A stretch of 64,000 nt of DNA from Vicinamibacterales bacterium (GTDB taxonomy: Bacteria > Acidobacteriota > Vicinamibacteria > Vicinamibacterales > UBA8438): assembly GCA_965261285.1 (NCBI GenBank), contig OZ253457.1, positions 1,508,511-1,572,510 of the forward strand. The letters run 5' to 3'. The notes under the pieces were generated by a model, which worked only from the letters and a program-made list of their open reading frames with translations, did no database searches and was not told where the DNA came from. Positions 56,187 to 64,000 of this stretch are shown here, one piece after another. The number at the start of each line of letters is the position of its first letter. Position 1 is the stretch's first letter. The translations under genes and the position numbers were made by a program.

Positions 56187-59015
56187 GTGCTTGTCGTTGC
56201 GACGATCAGATCCATGGCCGCCGCCGGCCTCGCGTCGGCGGTCATCGCGGGCGCCGCGCTGGCCGCGCCCGGCCAGTCCGCACCGCCGGCCGCCCCGGCC
56301 GGCGGGCCGGTCGGCGTCGTGTCGCCGGCGCGCGGCGGGCCCGCGGTCTCCGCCTTCTCGAATCTCTCGGGCGACCCGGCCGACGCCTGGATCGGCGACG
56401 GCATCGCCGAGACCCTCTCCGTCGAGCTCGGGCGGTCGGCCGGGGTCCTGGCGCCCGGCCTCCGCGTGGCCGGCGCGTACCAGCGGGTGGGCGCCGACCT
56501 CCGGATCACCGCGCAGCTCGTCGATGCGGCGAGCGGGCGCGTCGCGGCCGGGGTGCGTGTCGACGGGGAGCTGGCGGATCTGTTCGGCCTGCAGGACGAG
56601 CTGGTCGCGCGCCTCATGGCGGCGGCGGGTGGCCACCGGCCCCCGGCCCCGACAGCGGAGGTGGCGACGAGCCGGCGCAATGACCTTGCGGAGGCGGCGG
56701 GCGGCGTCCGGTCCCCGGCGGCGGCCGCCGCCCTTCCCGCCGTTGCGGCGGAGACGGTCGCAGGCGTCCCCGACGTCGCGGCGGGCGCCGCGGCGGGGTT
56801 CGCGGCCGTGCCCACCCTGATTCACGGCCCGCCGCCGCCCCTGCCGCCCGAGGTGGTGGCCCGCGACGACCTCGGGCGCATGACCCTGCGCGCGATCCGG
56901 CTCGGCGCCCCGCTGCAGCTCGACGGCCGGCTCGACGAGCGGGTGTACCACGAGGTGCCGCCGGTGACCGACTTCGTCCAGCAGGAGCCGAACGAGGGCG
57001 CGCCCGCGGGGGACCAGACCGAGGTCTGGGTGACGTTCGACGACGACACCCTGTACGTGTCGGCGCGCTGCTGGAGCCGGGCGCCGGACCGCATCGTCGC
57101 GAACGAGATGAAGCGCGACAGCTACGGCATGTACGGCAACGAGACCCTCGGCATCGTCCTCGACACGTTCTATGACCGGCGCAACGCGTTCGCCTTCACC
57201 ACCAACGCCATCGGGGGGCTCTTCGACGCCCTCGTCACCGACGAGCGCAGCCAGAACATCGACTGGAACACGGTGTGGGACGTCGCCGCGGGCCGCTTCG
57301 AGGACGGGTGGACGGTCGAGGTCGCCATCCCCTTCAAGTCGCTCCGCTACCGGGCGGGGCCGGCCCAGATGTGGGGCCTCAACGTGCAGCGCCGGGTGGC
57401 GTCGACCAACGAGACCTCGTTCCTCACCCCCATCCCCGCCTCGCTGAGCTGGGCGGGGGCCTACAAGATGTCGTCGGCCGCGACCCTCGTGGGGCTCGAG
57501 GTGCCGGCCTCGGGCACCCGGCTCGAGGTCAAGCCCTACGGCATCTCCGACGTCGCCACCGACCTCTCTCGCGCCCCCGACGAGCGCACCGCCGCCGGCG
57601 GCGACGTGGGGTTCGACGTCAAGTACGGCGTCACCCAGGGCCTCACCGCCGACTTCACCTACAACACCGACTTCGCACAGGTCGAGGTGGACGAGCAGCA
57701 GGTCAACCTGACGCGGTTCAGCCTCTTCTTTCCCGAGAAGCGCGAGTTCTTTCTCGAGGGGCAGGGCATCTTCGACTTCGGCGGCGGGTTCACCAGCGAC
57801 TCGACGGCGTTCTACTTCGGGGGCGGACAGTTCTCGGGGACCGCGCCGATCCTGTTCTTCAGCCGGCGCATCGGGCTGCAGGACGGGCGGACCGTGCCCA
57901 TCCGGGCCGGCGGCCGGCTGACCGGCAAGGCCGGGCCCTACAGCGTCGGGGTGCTGAACGTGCAGACCGAGGGGGCTGGCGCCGCCGCCACCAACTTCTC
58001 GGTCGCCCGGGTCAAGCGCGACATCCTGCGCCGCAGCGCGGTCGGGGCCCTGTTCACCGGCCGTTCCGTGTCGCTCGACGGCAGCGGGTCGAACCAGGTG
58101 TACGGCGTCGACGGGCTCTTCTCGTTCTACGACAACCTGAACATGACGACCTATTTCGCCGAGAGCCGGCTGCCCGGGGTCAGCCGCGGCGACGCCATGA
58201 GCTATCAGGCGAAGCTGGACTACCGCGGCGACCGCTGGGGCTTCCTCGCGGAGCGTCTGGGCGTCGGGGCCGACTTCCGGCCCGAGGTGGGCTTCGTGCG
58301 CCGGCACGACTTCCGGCGCAACTTCGTGGAGGGGCGTTTCAGCCCGCGCCCGCTGTCGATCGCGTCGATCCGCAAGTTCCTGTTCCAGGGCAACGTCGAC
58401 TACACCACGGACGGCGCCGGCCTCCTCGAGACCCGGGCGCAGCAGGGGCTCTTCGGCATCGAGTTCGAGAACGGCGACATGTTCTTCGCGGGCGCCACCG
58501 ACAGCTACGAACGGCTGAAGGAATCGTTCCCGATGACACCCGACATCACCATTCCCGCCGGCGCCTACCGCTTCTCGAACGTCCGGGTCGTCTACGCGCT
58601 GGGCCAGCAGCGTGTCGTGTCGGGCGGCCTGAACTTCGACCACGGGGGGTTCTTCGGCGGCGAGCGCACCGGCGTGGGCTACACCTTCGGCCGCGCGTAC
58701 CTCTCGTCGCAGTTGAACGTCGAGCCGTCGGTGTCGTTCAACTGGCTCGAGCTGCCGCAGGGCGACTTCCGGACCGACCTCGTCTCGGTGCGCACCACCT
58801 ATACGCTGACCCCGCGCATGTTCGTGGCGGCGCTCTTGCAGTACAACTCGACCCTCGACTCGCTCGGCACCAACCTGCGCTTCCGCTGGGAGTACCAGCC
58901 GGGCAGCGAGCTGTTCGTGGTCTATACCGACGAGCGCGACACCCTCGACCCGCGGGGGCCGTTCCTCGAGAACCGCGCGTTCGTGGTCAAGGCCACGCGC
59001 CTCTTCCGCTTCTGA
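56187..59015 (+). CDS. CBM9-like + DUF5916 outer-membrane-type protein with an extra N-terminal periplasmic domain
   Basis: 'RLGAPLQLDGRLDERVYHEVPPVTDFVQQEPNEGAPAGDQTEVWVTFDDDTLYVSARCW...NDWNTVWDVAAGRFEDGWTVEVAIPFKSLRY' is CBM9/DUF5916-like, followed by a long beta-rich C-terminus ending 'VVKATRLFRF'. The N-terminal ~150 aa 'VSAFSNLSGDPADAWIGDGIAETLSVEL...LRITAQLVDAASG...LFGLQDELVARL' resembles the TolB-N/FlgO-like module seen at the N-terminus of many sensor proteins. The start is GTG 56187 or ATG 56214. Confidence 0.7.
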   Translation: MLVVATIRSMAAAGLASAVIAGAALAAPGQSAPPAAPAGGPVGVVSPARGGPAVSAFSNLSGDPADAWIGDGIAETLSVELGRSAGVLAPGLRVAGAYQRVGADLRITAQLVDAASGRVAAGVRVDGELADLFGLQDELVARLMAAAGGHRPPAPTAEVATSRRNDLAEAAGGVRSPAAAAALPAVAAETVAGVPDVAAGAAAGFAAVPTLIHGPPPPLPPEVVARDDLGRMTLRAIRLGAPLQLDGRLDERVYHEVPPVTDFVQQEPNEGAPAGDQTEVWVTFDDDTLYVSARCWSRAPDRIVANEMKRDSYGMYGNETLGIVLDTFYDRRNAFAFTTNAIGGLFDALVTDERSQNIDWNTVWDVAAGRFEDGWTVEVAIPFKSLRYRAGPAQMWGLNVQRRVASTNETSFLTPIPASLSWAGAYKMSSAATLVGLEVPASGTRLEVKPYGISDVATDLSRAPDERTAAGGDVGFDVKYGVTQGLTADFTYNTDFAQVEVDEQQVNLTRFSLFFPEKREFFLEGQGIFDFGGGFTSDSTAFYFGGGQFSGTAPILFFSRRIGLQDGRTVPIRAGGRLTGKAGPYSVGVLNVQTEGAGAAATNFSVARVKRDILRRSAVGALFTGRSVSLDGSGSNQVYGVDGLFSFYDNLNMTTYFAESRLPGVSRGDAMSYQAKLDYRGDRWGFLAERLGVGADFRPEVGFVRRHDFRRNFVEGRFSPRPLSIASIRKFLFQGNVDYTTDGAGLLETRAQQGLFGIEFENGDMFFAGATDSYERLKESFPMTPDITIPAGAYRFSNVRVVYALGQQRVVSGGLNFDHGGFFGGERTGVGYTFGRAYLSSQLNVEPSVSFNWLELPQGDFRTDLVSVRTTYTLTPRMFVAALLQYNSTLDSLGTNLRFRWEYQPGSELFVVYTDERDTLDPRGPFLENRAFVVKATRLFRF

Positions 59016-59072
59016 ACGGCCCTCGGGCCGCGCGACCGACGGTGCCGGGGGGCGGGTTGCGCATGGCGGTAC

Positions 59073-59108
59073 GCCGGCGCCGGCGCCGGCGCCGGCGCCG
59101 GCGCCGGC
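59073..59108. repeat. (GCCGGC)6 perfect hexanucleotide microsatellite of a self-complementary unit
   Basis: There are six uninterrupted GCCGGC units, starting 58 nt after the stop of gene 56187..59015 and ending 38 nt before the DCC gene ATG. The whole tract is its own reverse complement. Confidence 0.95.
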
Positions 59109-59146
59109 GGTGACGGCTACGGCGACGGGGGAACATCGGATTGGGA

Positions 59147-59596
59147 ATGACCGGCCCGAGCGGACCCGACAGGCTCGATTCCGGCCGCCACCTGCTGCTC
59201 TACGACGGCGTGTGCGGGCTCTGCGACCGGTTCGTCCGGTTCGTGCTCGCGCGCGACCACCGGCGCCGCTTCCGCTTCGCGATGCTGCAGGGCCCCGTCG
59301 GTCGCGACCTCGTCGCGGCATTCGGCGGGGACCCGGACCGGCTCGAGACGGTCCACGTGGTCGTCGACTACCGGTCGGAGTCGGGCCGCGTGCTGACCCG
59401 GTCGGCCGCCGCGCTGTTCGTCCTCGGTCAGCTCGGATGGCCGTGGCGTCTCGCCACCATCCTGCGCGGGGTCCCCGCCGCGCCGCGCGACTGGCTCTAC
59501 GACCGGGTCGCGGCCCACCGGTACCGGCTCTTCGGCCGCCATGCGTCGTGCCCGGTCCCCGACCCGCGGTACCGGGACCGCTTCCTCGACATCTGA
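59147..59596 (+). CDS. Thiol-disulfide oxidoreductase DCC-family protein (DUF393)
   Basis: 'LLLYDGVCGLCDRFVRFVLARD' has the CxxC motif in the family-typical context, and 'WLYDRVAAHRYRLFG' matches the C-terminal region. ATG 59147; TTG 59141 is an alternative. Confidence 0.8.
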   Translation: MTGPSGPDRLDSGRHLLLYDGVCGLCDRFVRFVLARDHRRRFRFAMLQGPVGRDLVAAFGGDPDRLETVHVVVDYRSESGRVLTRSAAALFVLGQLGWPWRLATILRGVPAAPRDWLYDRVAAHRYRLFGRHASCPVPDPRYRDRFLDI

Positions 59597-59958
59597 GGGG
59601 CTTCGCCCCGCTCCGCTCGCCCGCCCGCGGGCCCGACCTCGAATCGGGTCCCGCCGTGCGTTCGCCTGCCTCGCCCGTCTCCCGGGCGACCTCGCCGACC
59701 CGGGCCGCCTCCCGCCCCACGCTCGATGTACGCGATAATTGCCACCTCCGGCGCTGAAGTCCGTGGCGTTTCCCGCCATGTCGACTCGCGGCCGGCGCGA
59801 GGTGGAACCGGTTGCGACGTCTCCGCGGCGTCCGGGTTTCGACAATCGCCAGGGGGTGTGCGGCCGCCGCCGTCCCGGCCGCGCCCGCCCCGGCCCCGGC
59901 CGGAGACCGGCGCCGGACTGCTGACCGGTTGCGGCCACCGGCGCCCCGAGGAGTCTCC

Positions 59959-60543
59959 ATGCGAGCATGTTTCGTCATCGTCGCCGTTCTCGCCGCCGTT
60001 CCCGCCGGCGCCCAGACATCCTCGCCGGTCTGCTACGACGGCGCTCCGACCTGGGAGGGGCTGTGCGTCCGAGAAGAGCCTGTGACCCGGACAGGCTATG
60101 TCAGGGCGGACCACGCCGACAGCGAGCCGGCGCTCATCAGGGCGTTGCCGGCGGACCTCAGGGAAGTGAACGCTGATGGCGACACGACGGCGTTCCTGAC
60201 ACCCTACACCTGCAAGCGGTTCGCGGTGGACACCGGCGGGAAGGCGCCGACAGACATCGAGCATATCGTCGCGCTGGCGGAGGCGCACGACAGCGGTCTG
60301 GCGCCTTCTCTGCGCCACGCCCTGGCGAACGACCTGGAAAATCAGACCGTGGCGGACCGGACGGTGAACCGCTCGCAGAAGTCCGACAAGGATGCGGCCG
60401 GCTGGACGCCGGCCAGGAACGGCGGATGGTTCGCCGAGCGGGTGATTCGGGTGAAGCGCCGTTACGGACTGAGCGTTGATCCCGCTGAAGCGGAAGCGCT
60501 GAAGACTCTGCTCGACGGGGGCACGCTGAGGCTCGCGTGCTGA
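59959..60543 (+). CDS. Secreted His-Me finger (HNH/DUF1524-like) nuclease
   Basis: GAGGAG precedes the ATG, with signal peptide 'MRACFVIVAVLAAVPAGAQ'. 'TDIEHIVALAEAHDSG...NDLENQTVADRTVNRSQKSDKDAAGWTP' matches the DxxH...N...N..K pattern of DUF1524/HNH nucleases. Confidence 0.55.
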   Translation: MRACFVIVAVLAAVPAGAQTSSPVCYDGAPTWEGLCVREEPVTRTGYVRADHADSEPALIRALPADLREVNADGDTTAFLTPYTCKRFAVDTGGKAPTDIEHIVALAEAHDSGLAPSLRHALANDLENQTVADRTVNRSQKSDKDAAGWTPARNGGWFAERVIRVKRRYGLSVDPAEAEALKTLLDGGTLRLAC

Positions 60544-60692
60544 ACGTCGCCGTCGATGCCACCTGACTGGAACGGCCGCGCGACTTGCGCCGAGGCGCGG
60601 CGGCACGGCATCGCGCCGGTGCCGCGCAGCCATCCCGCCTACGCGTACATGCGCGACGGCGACGGCGTCGCGTGCGAGTGAGCGGTGAGCCC

Positions 60693-61202
60693 ATGAACAC
60701 CTTGCTCGAGGAAGCGATAGAGGCGTGGGACGGCGCCCGCCGGGGCGTCATCGCCGAGGCGGCGGGCATCCCCGCCCGCGACTGGGACTTCCGGCCCGCG
60801 CCCGGCGCGCGTTCGGCGGCCGAGCTGGTCGGCCACGTCGTGGCCACCGGCATGATGTGGACGAACGAGCTCACGCGCCCCACCGCCGACTTCACCCGCA
60901 AGAGCTTCCCGGCGTTCATCCGCCACTATGCCAAGGGGGTCGAGAAGTCCCGCCCGCGCGCGGAATGGCTGCGCCTGCTGCGCAGCAGCTTCCGCGACGG
61001 CGCCCGGCAGCTCCGCGCCGCCGGCGAGGTGCAGATGCTGCAGTACGTGCGGCGGTTCGACGGCGAGCGCGGCACCCGCCTCACCTGGCTGCACCACGGC
61101 ATCGCCCACGAGGAGTACCACCGCGCCCAGCTCGCGCTCTACACCCGGTTGCTCGGCCGCACTCCGGCGCTGACGCGGGCCATTGAGGGCGGGGACGCCT
61201 GA
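60693..61202 (+). CDS. DinB-family (DinB_2) four-helix-bundle protein
   Basis: 'AAELVGHVVAT', 'LHHGIAHEEYHRAQLALYTRLLG': the spaced His residues and C-terminal helix are typical of the DinB/YfiT-like family. Confidence 0.7.
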   Translation: MNTLLEEAIEAWDGARRGVIAEAAGIPARDWDFRPAPGARSAAELVGHVVATGMMWTNELTRPTADFTRKSFPAFIRHYAKGVEKSRPRAEWLRLLRSSFRDGARQLRAAGEVQMLQYVRRFDGERGTRLTWLHHGIAHEEYHRAQLALYTRLLGRTPALTRAIEGGDA

Positions 61203-61332
61203 CACGCGACCACCTGGCCGCTGTTCCTTGCTGCTCGGAACGACGCGGGGTTCCACCGAACCCGGCTACGGAAGCAGGTCTTCGCTCCGCATGAATGCTC
61301 GCGTCGGCCATGGCGCCTGCACCGGTAATGAC

Positions 61333-61367
61333 CCGGCGGGTGGAGGCGACGGCCTTCCACCCGCCGG
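61333..61367. terminator. Perfect 12-bp inverted repeat (stem-loop) in a convergent intergenic region
   Basis: CCGGCGGGTGGA (61333-61344), an 11-nt loop, then TCCACCCGCCGG (61356-61367), between the DinB gene (+) and paralog 3 (-). There is no U-tract on either strand. Confidence 0.3.
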
Positions 61368-61555
61368 CGTTCCGCGACGTCACCAGGAGTCTGCGTCTTT
61401 GGAACCGCGGCGCCTCTGTCATGAGGCGGCGACTCCCGGCGCTTCGGTTGCCCGGCAATCGGAACCCGCGCGACCGTGGCCGGGCTGCTGCCCGGCGACC
61501 GCCCGCTCGTCGGCGCGTCGGCAGGAGGTACTCGCCCGGCCACTCCGCGACGAGG

Positions 61556-62527
61556 CTACTGCTGCTCGGCCGCCGCCCGCTCGTCGGCGCGGGCGCCGGA
61601 GAGGATGCCCTCCATCGAGTAGTTGCCCTCGTGGCACGCGTACTCGTACAGCGGCTCCTCGCCCCGCCGCATCGGGATCTCGGCCGTCCACGGCTGCACC
61701 CAGGTGTCGGGGTCGGTGACCGTGAACGTGTAGACCAGGGTGTCGTCGTCCTGCCGGGTCAGCCGCTCCACCAGGGTCATGTTCTCGGAGGAGCCGCGCC
61801 AGCGGGTCTTGTCGGTGAAGTTGTCGGTCTCGACGACGAGGGTGTCGCCCTCCCAGCGCCCGCGCGACTCGCCCGTCCACGACCCGATGCCGGTGCGCGG
61901 GGTGCCGTCGATGGGGATGATGCGCGAGTCGTGCACCATCTCGTTGAGGATGACGACGGTGTCCTCGGTCTGGAACACCTGCATGTTCTGGTTGTAGCCG
62001 CCCGGGGTCATCGGCGGCCCGGTGTTGAACCCGAGGATGCAGCGGTCGAAGGTGCTGCGGTCGAGCCACGAGTCGGCGGGGTGCTCGGCCCGGCGCTCGC
62101 GCCGCGCGTCGGCGCGCGCCTGCCCCGCCTCGCTCAGCGCCGGCATGCGCCCGTTCGGGGGATCGATGATCAGCGAGGTCCGGCGGGTCCCGATGGTGCG
62201 GGTGCCCCGGTCCATCCAGAAGTTGTTGTAGGCGCCGACGCTGCCGCCCGCCTCGGTGCGGCGGGGCGGCGCGAGGAGGAGCCGCTCGTCGCGGTCGACG
62301 GCGCCCTGCTCGAGGGTGGCCGCCTCTTCCTGCGTCAGGAACTCGCGGTCTCCGTACCGTTCGGGGCGCTGCAGCGGGGTGATGGTGCGGAAGTCCCACA
62401 CGCCCTGCAGGTCCGGGGCGCCCCAGGCGGTGCGCGGCCCGTCCTGGGCCGCCGCCGGCGGGGCCAGGCCTGCCGTCGCGACGATGGCGGCGAGAACGCC
62501 GAGCGCTACGATGTGTCTCTGCTTCAT
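61556..62527 (-). CDS. Secreted protein of unknown function, paralog 3 of the 'WGxPDLQG...YEYACHEGN' family
   Basis: AGGAGG precedes ATG 62527 ('MKQRHIVALGVLAAIVATAGLA'), followed by 'RTAWGAPDLQGVW', 'RTSLIIDPPNGRMP', 'SRIIPIDG', 'GESRGRWEGDTLVVETDNF' and 'YEYACHEGNYSMEGILSGARADE'. Confidence 0.75.
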   Translation of the reverse strand: MKQRHIVALGVLAAIVATAGLAPPAAAQDGPRTAWGAPDLQGVWDFRTITPLQRPERYGDREFLTQEEAATLEQGAVDRDERLLLAPPRRTEAGGSVGAYNNFWMDRGTRTIGTRRTSLIIDPPNGRMPALSEAGQARADARRERRAEHPADSWLDRSTFDRCILGFNTGPPMTPGGYNQNMQVFQTEDTVVILNEMVHDSRIIPIDGTPRTGIGSWTGESRGRWEGDTLVVETDNFTDKTRWRGSSENMTLVERLTRQDDDTLVYTFTVTDPDTWVQPWTAEIPMRRGEEPLYEYACHEGNYSMEGILSGARADERAAAEQQ

Positions 62528-62615
62528 CTGCGACCTCCTGGCACGGATCAGGTTCCGGCAATGCACCGAGCCGGCTCCCGACAAGGTTAGCCGGGGGCGT
62601 CGAGCCGGTCAACGC

Positions 62616-64000
62616 TCATCGTTCCGCCGTCTCCGGAAGGGCGAGGGCGATGTACTCGCTGCTCATGTCGTCCCAGCCGACGGTCGCCACGATGTACTGC
62701 CGGCCGTCGAGCCTGTAGCTGATCGGGGCGGCGGTGGTGCCCCCGGGCAGCTCCATCTCCCAGACGATCTCGCCCGTCCGCTTGTCGAAGGCGCGGAACA
62801 TCTTCCCCCCGCTGCCCGGCGGCAGGAAGGCGGCGCCGACGTTGGCGCCCTCGCCGAGGAACACCAGGCTGCGGGTGACGAGGGGCGCCGCCCGGCCGCC
62901 CTGGCCGAGGGGCGGCAGGTCGAGATGGGCGATGGCGGGATGGTCGCGCGGTCCGTCGCCGTTGGCCGCCGTCCAGAGGATCTCGCCGCGGTTGAGGTCG
63001 ATGGCGACGAGGCGTCCGTAGGGCGGCTTGAACAGCGGCAGGCCTTGCGGTCCGGGGATGTGCCGGGCGCCCCGCATGACCCAGTCGACGTCCGAGCGGG
63101 GGTGCTCGGACCGGCTGAGGCCCACGACGGTGCCGCTGTGGACCGAGGGGACGTAGAGGATGCCGGTCTCCGGGTCGACGCCGGCCCCGTTCCAGTCGGT
63201 GCCGCCGACGAGGCCGGGGACGACCAGCGTGCCCCGCGTGCCGCCGGGCCGGTCGTCGATCAGCGACGGCGGCGTGAAGAACGGCCCCCACACGTAGTCG
63301 TCGAGCATGGCGAGGGCCTCGGCCCGCAGCTCCGGCGTGAAGTCGATGAGGTCGTCGATGGCCACGCCCTGCTGGTCGTAGGCGGGTGGCTTCGTGGGAA
63401 ACGGCTGGGTCGGCGCGTACCACTCGCCCGGCACGTCGCCGGCCGGCACGGGTCGCTCCTCGATGGGCCAGACCGGCTCGCCGGTGACCCGGTCGAAGAC
63501 GTAGGTGTGCGCCTGCTTGCTCGTGATCGCCACCGCCTTGACGTCGCGGCCGTCGACGGTGACGTCCACCAGGGTCGGGGCGGCGGGGAAGTCGTAGTCC
63601 CACAGGCCGTGGTGCACCGCCTGGAAGTACCAGACGAGCTCGCCCGTCGCCGCGTCGAGGCACACGAGGCTCTCGGCGAACAGGTTGTCGCCGGGCCGGT
63701 GCCCGCCGTAGTAGTCGCTGGTCGGGGTCGAGAGGGGCAGGTAGACGTAGTCGAGCTCCTCGTCGGCGCTCGGCGACGCCCACATGTTGGTGTTGCCGGT
63801 GTACTCCCACGACGCCCGGTCCTCGTTCAGGGCCGTCAGCCACGTCTCGTTGCCCGGCTCGCCCTCGCGCGGGACGGTGCGGAAGATCCAGAGCTGCTCG
63901 CCGGTGCGCACGTCGAAGCCGCGCACGTCGCCCGGCGGCATCTCCTTGAGGGCGGGCATGGTGTGGCTGACGATGTCGCCGATGAGCGAGCCGACGACGA
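62616..64000 (-). CDS. PQQ-dependent dehydrogenase (quinoprotein glucose/alcohol-dehydrogenase-type beta-propeller), 5'-truncated by the window edge
   Basis: 'LVCLDAATGELVWYFQAVHHGLWDYDFPAAPTLVDV', 'GTDWNGAGVDPETGILYVP' and 'GRLVAIDLNRGEILW' are propeller motifs. The frame stays open upstream of the first Met to position 64000. Confidence 0.8.
   Translation of the reverse strand, partial: VVGSLIGDIVSHTMPALKEMPPGDVRGFDVRTGEQLWIFRTVPREGEPGNETWLTALNEDRASWEYTGNTNMWASPSADEELDYVYLPLSTPTSDYYGGHRPGDNLFAESLVCLDAATGELVWYFQAVHHGLWDYDFPAAPTLVDVTVDGRDVKAVAITSKQAHTYVFDRVTGEPVWPIEERPVPAGDVPGEWYAPTQPFPTKPPAYDQQGVAIDDLIDFTPELRAEALAMLDDYVWGPFFTPPSLIDDRPGGTRGTLVVPGLVGGTDWNGAGVDPETGILYVPSVHSGTVVGLSRSEHPRSDVDWVMRGARHIPGPQGLPLFKPPYGRLVAIDLNRGEILWTAANGDGPRDHPAIAHLDLPPLGQGGRAAPLVTRSLVFLGEGANVGAAFLPPGSGGKMFRAFDKRTGEIVWEMELPGGTTAAPISYRLDGRQYIVATVGWDDMSSEYIALALPETAER

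Noticed and set aside
1-64000. A search for tRNA, rRNA, transposase, integrase, or att-like terminal repeats that would define a mobile element around the accessory regions.
   Set aside because: I could not recognise any by eye. The accessory character of 9.6-21.5 kb and 27.6-31.6 kb rests on gene content and pseudogenes only, so no mobile_element feature is claimed.

Overview
This is a high-GC bacterial chromosomal window. Many long alternative-frame ORFs in the six-frame track are compositional artefacts. The gene content includes CarboxypepD_reg-type TonB-dependent receptors, DUF1592/DUF1552 pairs and planctomycete-type CxxCH proteins. That content suggests Acidobacteriota, Gemmatimonadota or a similar phylum, but I cannot confirm this without database searches. 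All domain calls below come from motifs I recognise in the translations. No HMM or BLAST search was run.

Layout:
1. 1-9.6 kb is a housekeeping block: dgt, yceD-rpmF, fabD-fabG-acpP-fabF (no plsX or fabH), etfB-etfA, ETF-ubiquinone oxidoreductase and a DUF374 protein.
2. 9.6-21.5 kb looks accessory. It holds a tannase-like esterase, a TIGR00725/LOG-like protein, and two divergent paralogs of an unnamed secreted family flanking an ATPase+DUF234 gene. It then holds a tightly coupled five-gene array (PD-(D/E)xK-like, MNT, frameshifted HEPN, AlkB, methyltransferase-like) and a DUF222-HNH endonuclease.
3. 22.2-27.6 kb (+) and 46.4-51.8 kb (-) carry two diverged, inverted copies of a three-gene module: heme-c DUF1592-family protein, TAT-signal DUF1552 protein, and a secreted ankyrin-repeat protein.
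4. Between the two modules lie a GAF-gene relic, a frameshifted AAA-ATPase/PDDEXK_9 gene and a Fic protein. They are followed by an apparent operon with a cytochrome c / PHM-like copper monooxygenase fusion and a PQQ-sugar-dehydrogenase-2xCMD fusion, then a small gene with a 45-bp in-frame tandem repeat, a TonB-dependent receptor, and a copper cluster (Cys-rich small protein, His-rich TonB receptor, CopC, CopD).
5. 51.8-64 kb holds a lipase-maturation-factor homolog, a 702-aa unknown membrane-anchored protein, a 167-bp tandem repeat in a divergent intergenic region, a CBM9/DUF5916 protein, a (GCCGGC)6 palindromic microsatellite, a DCC oxidoreductase, a secreted His-Me nuclease, a DinB protein, the third paralog of the unnamed family, and a partial PQQ dehydrogenase.

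I saw no rRNA, tRNA, CRISPR array, transposase or integrase.
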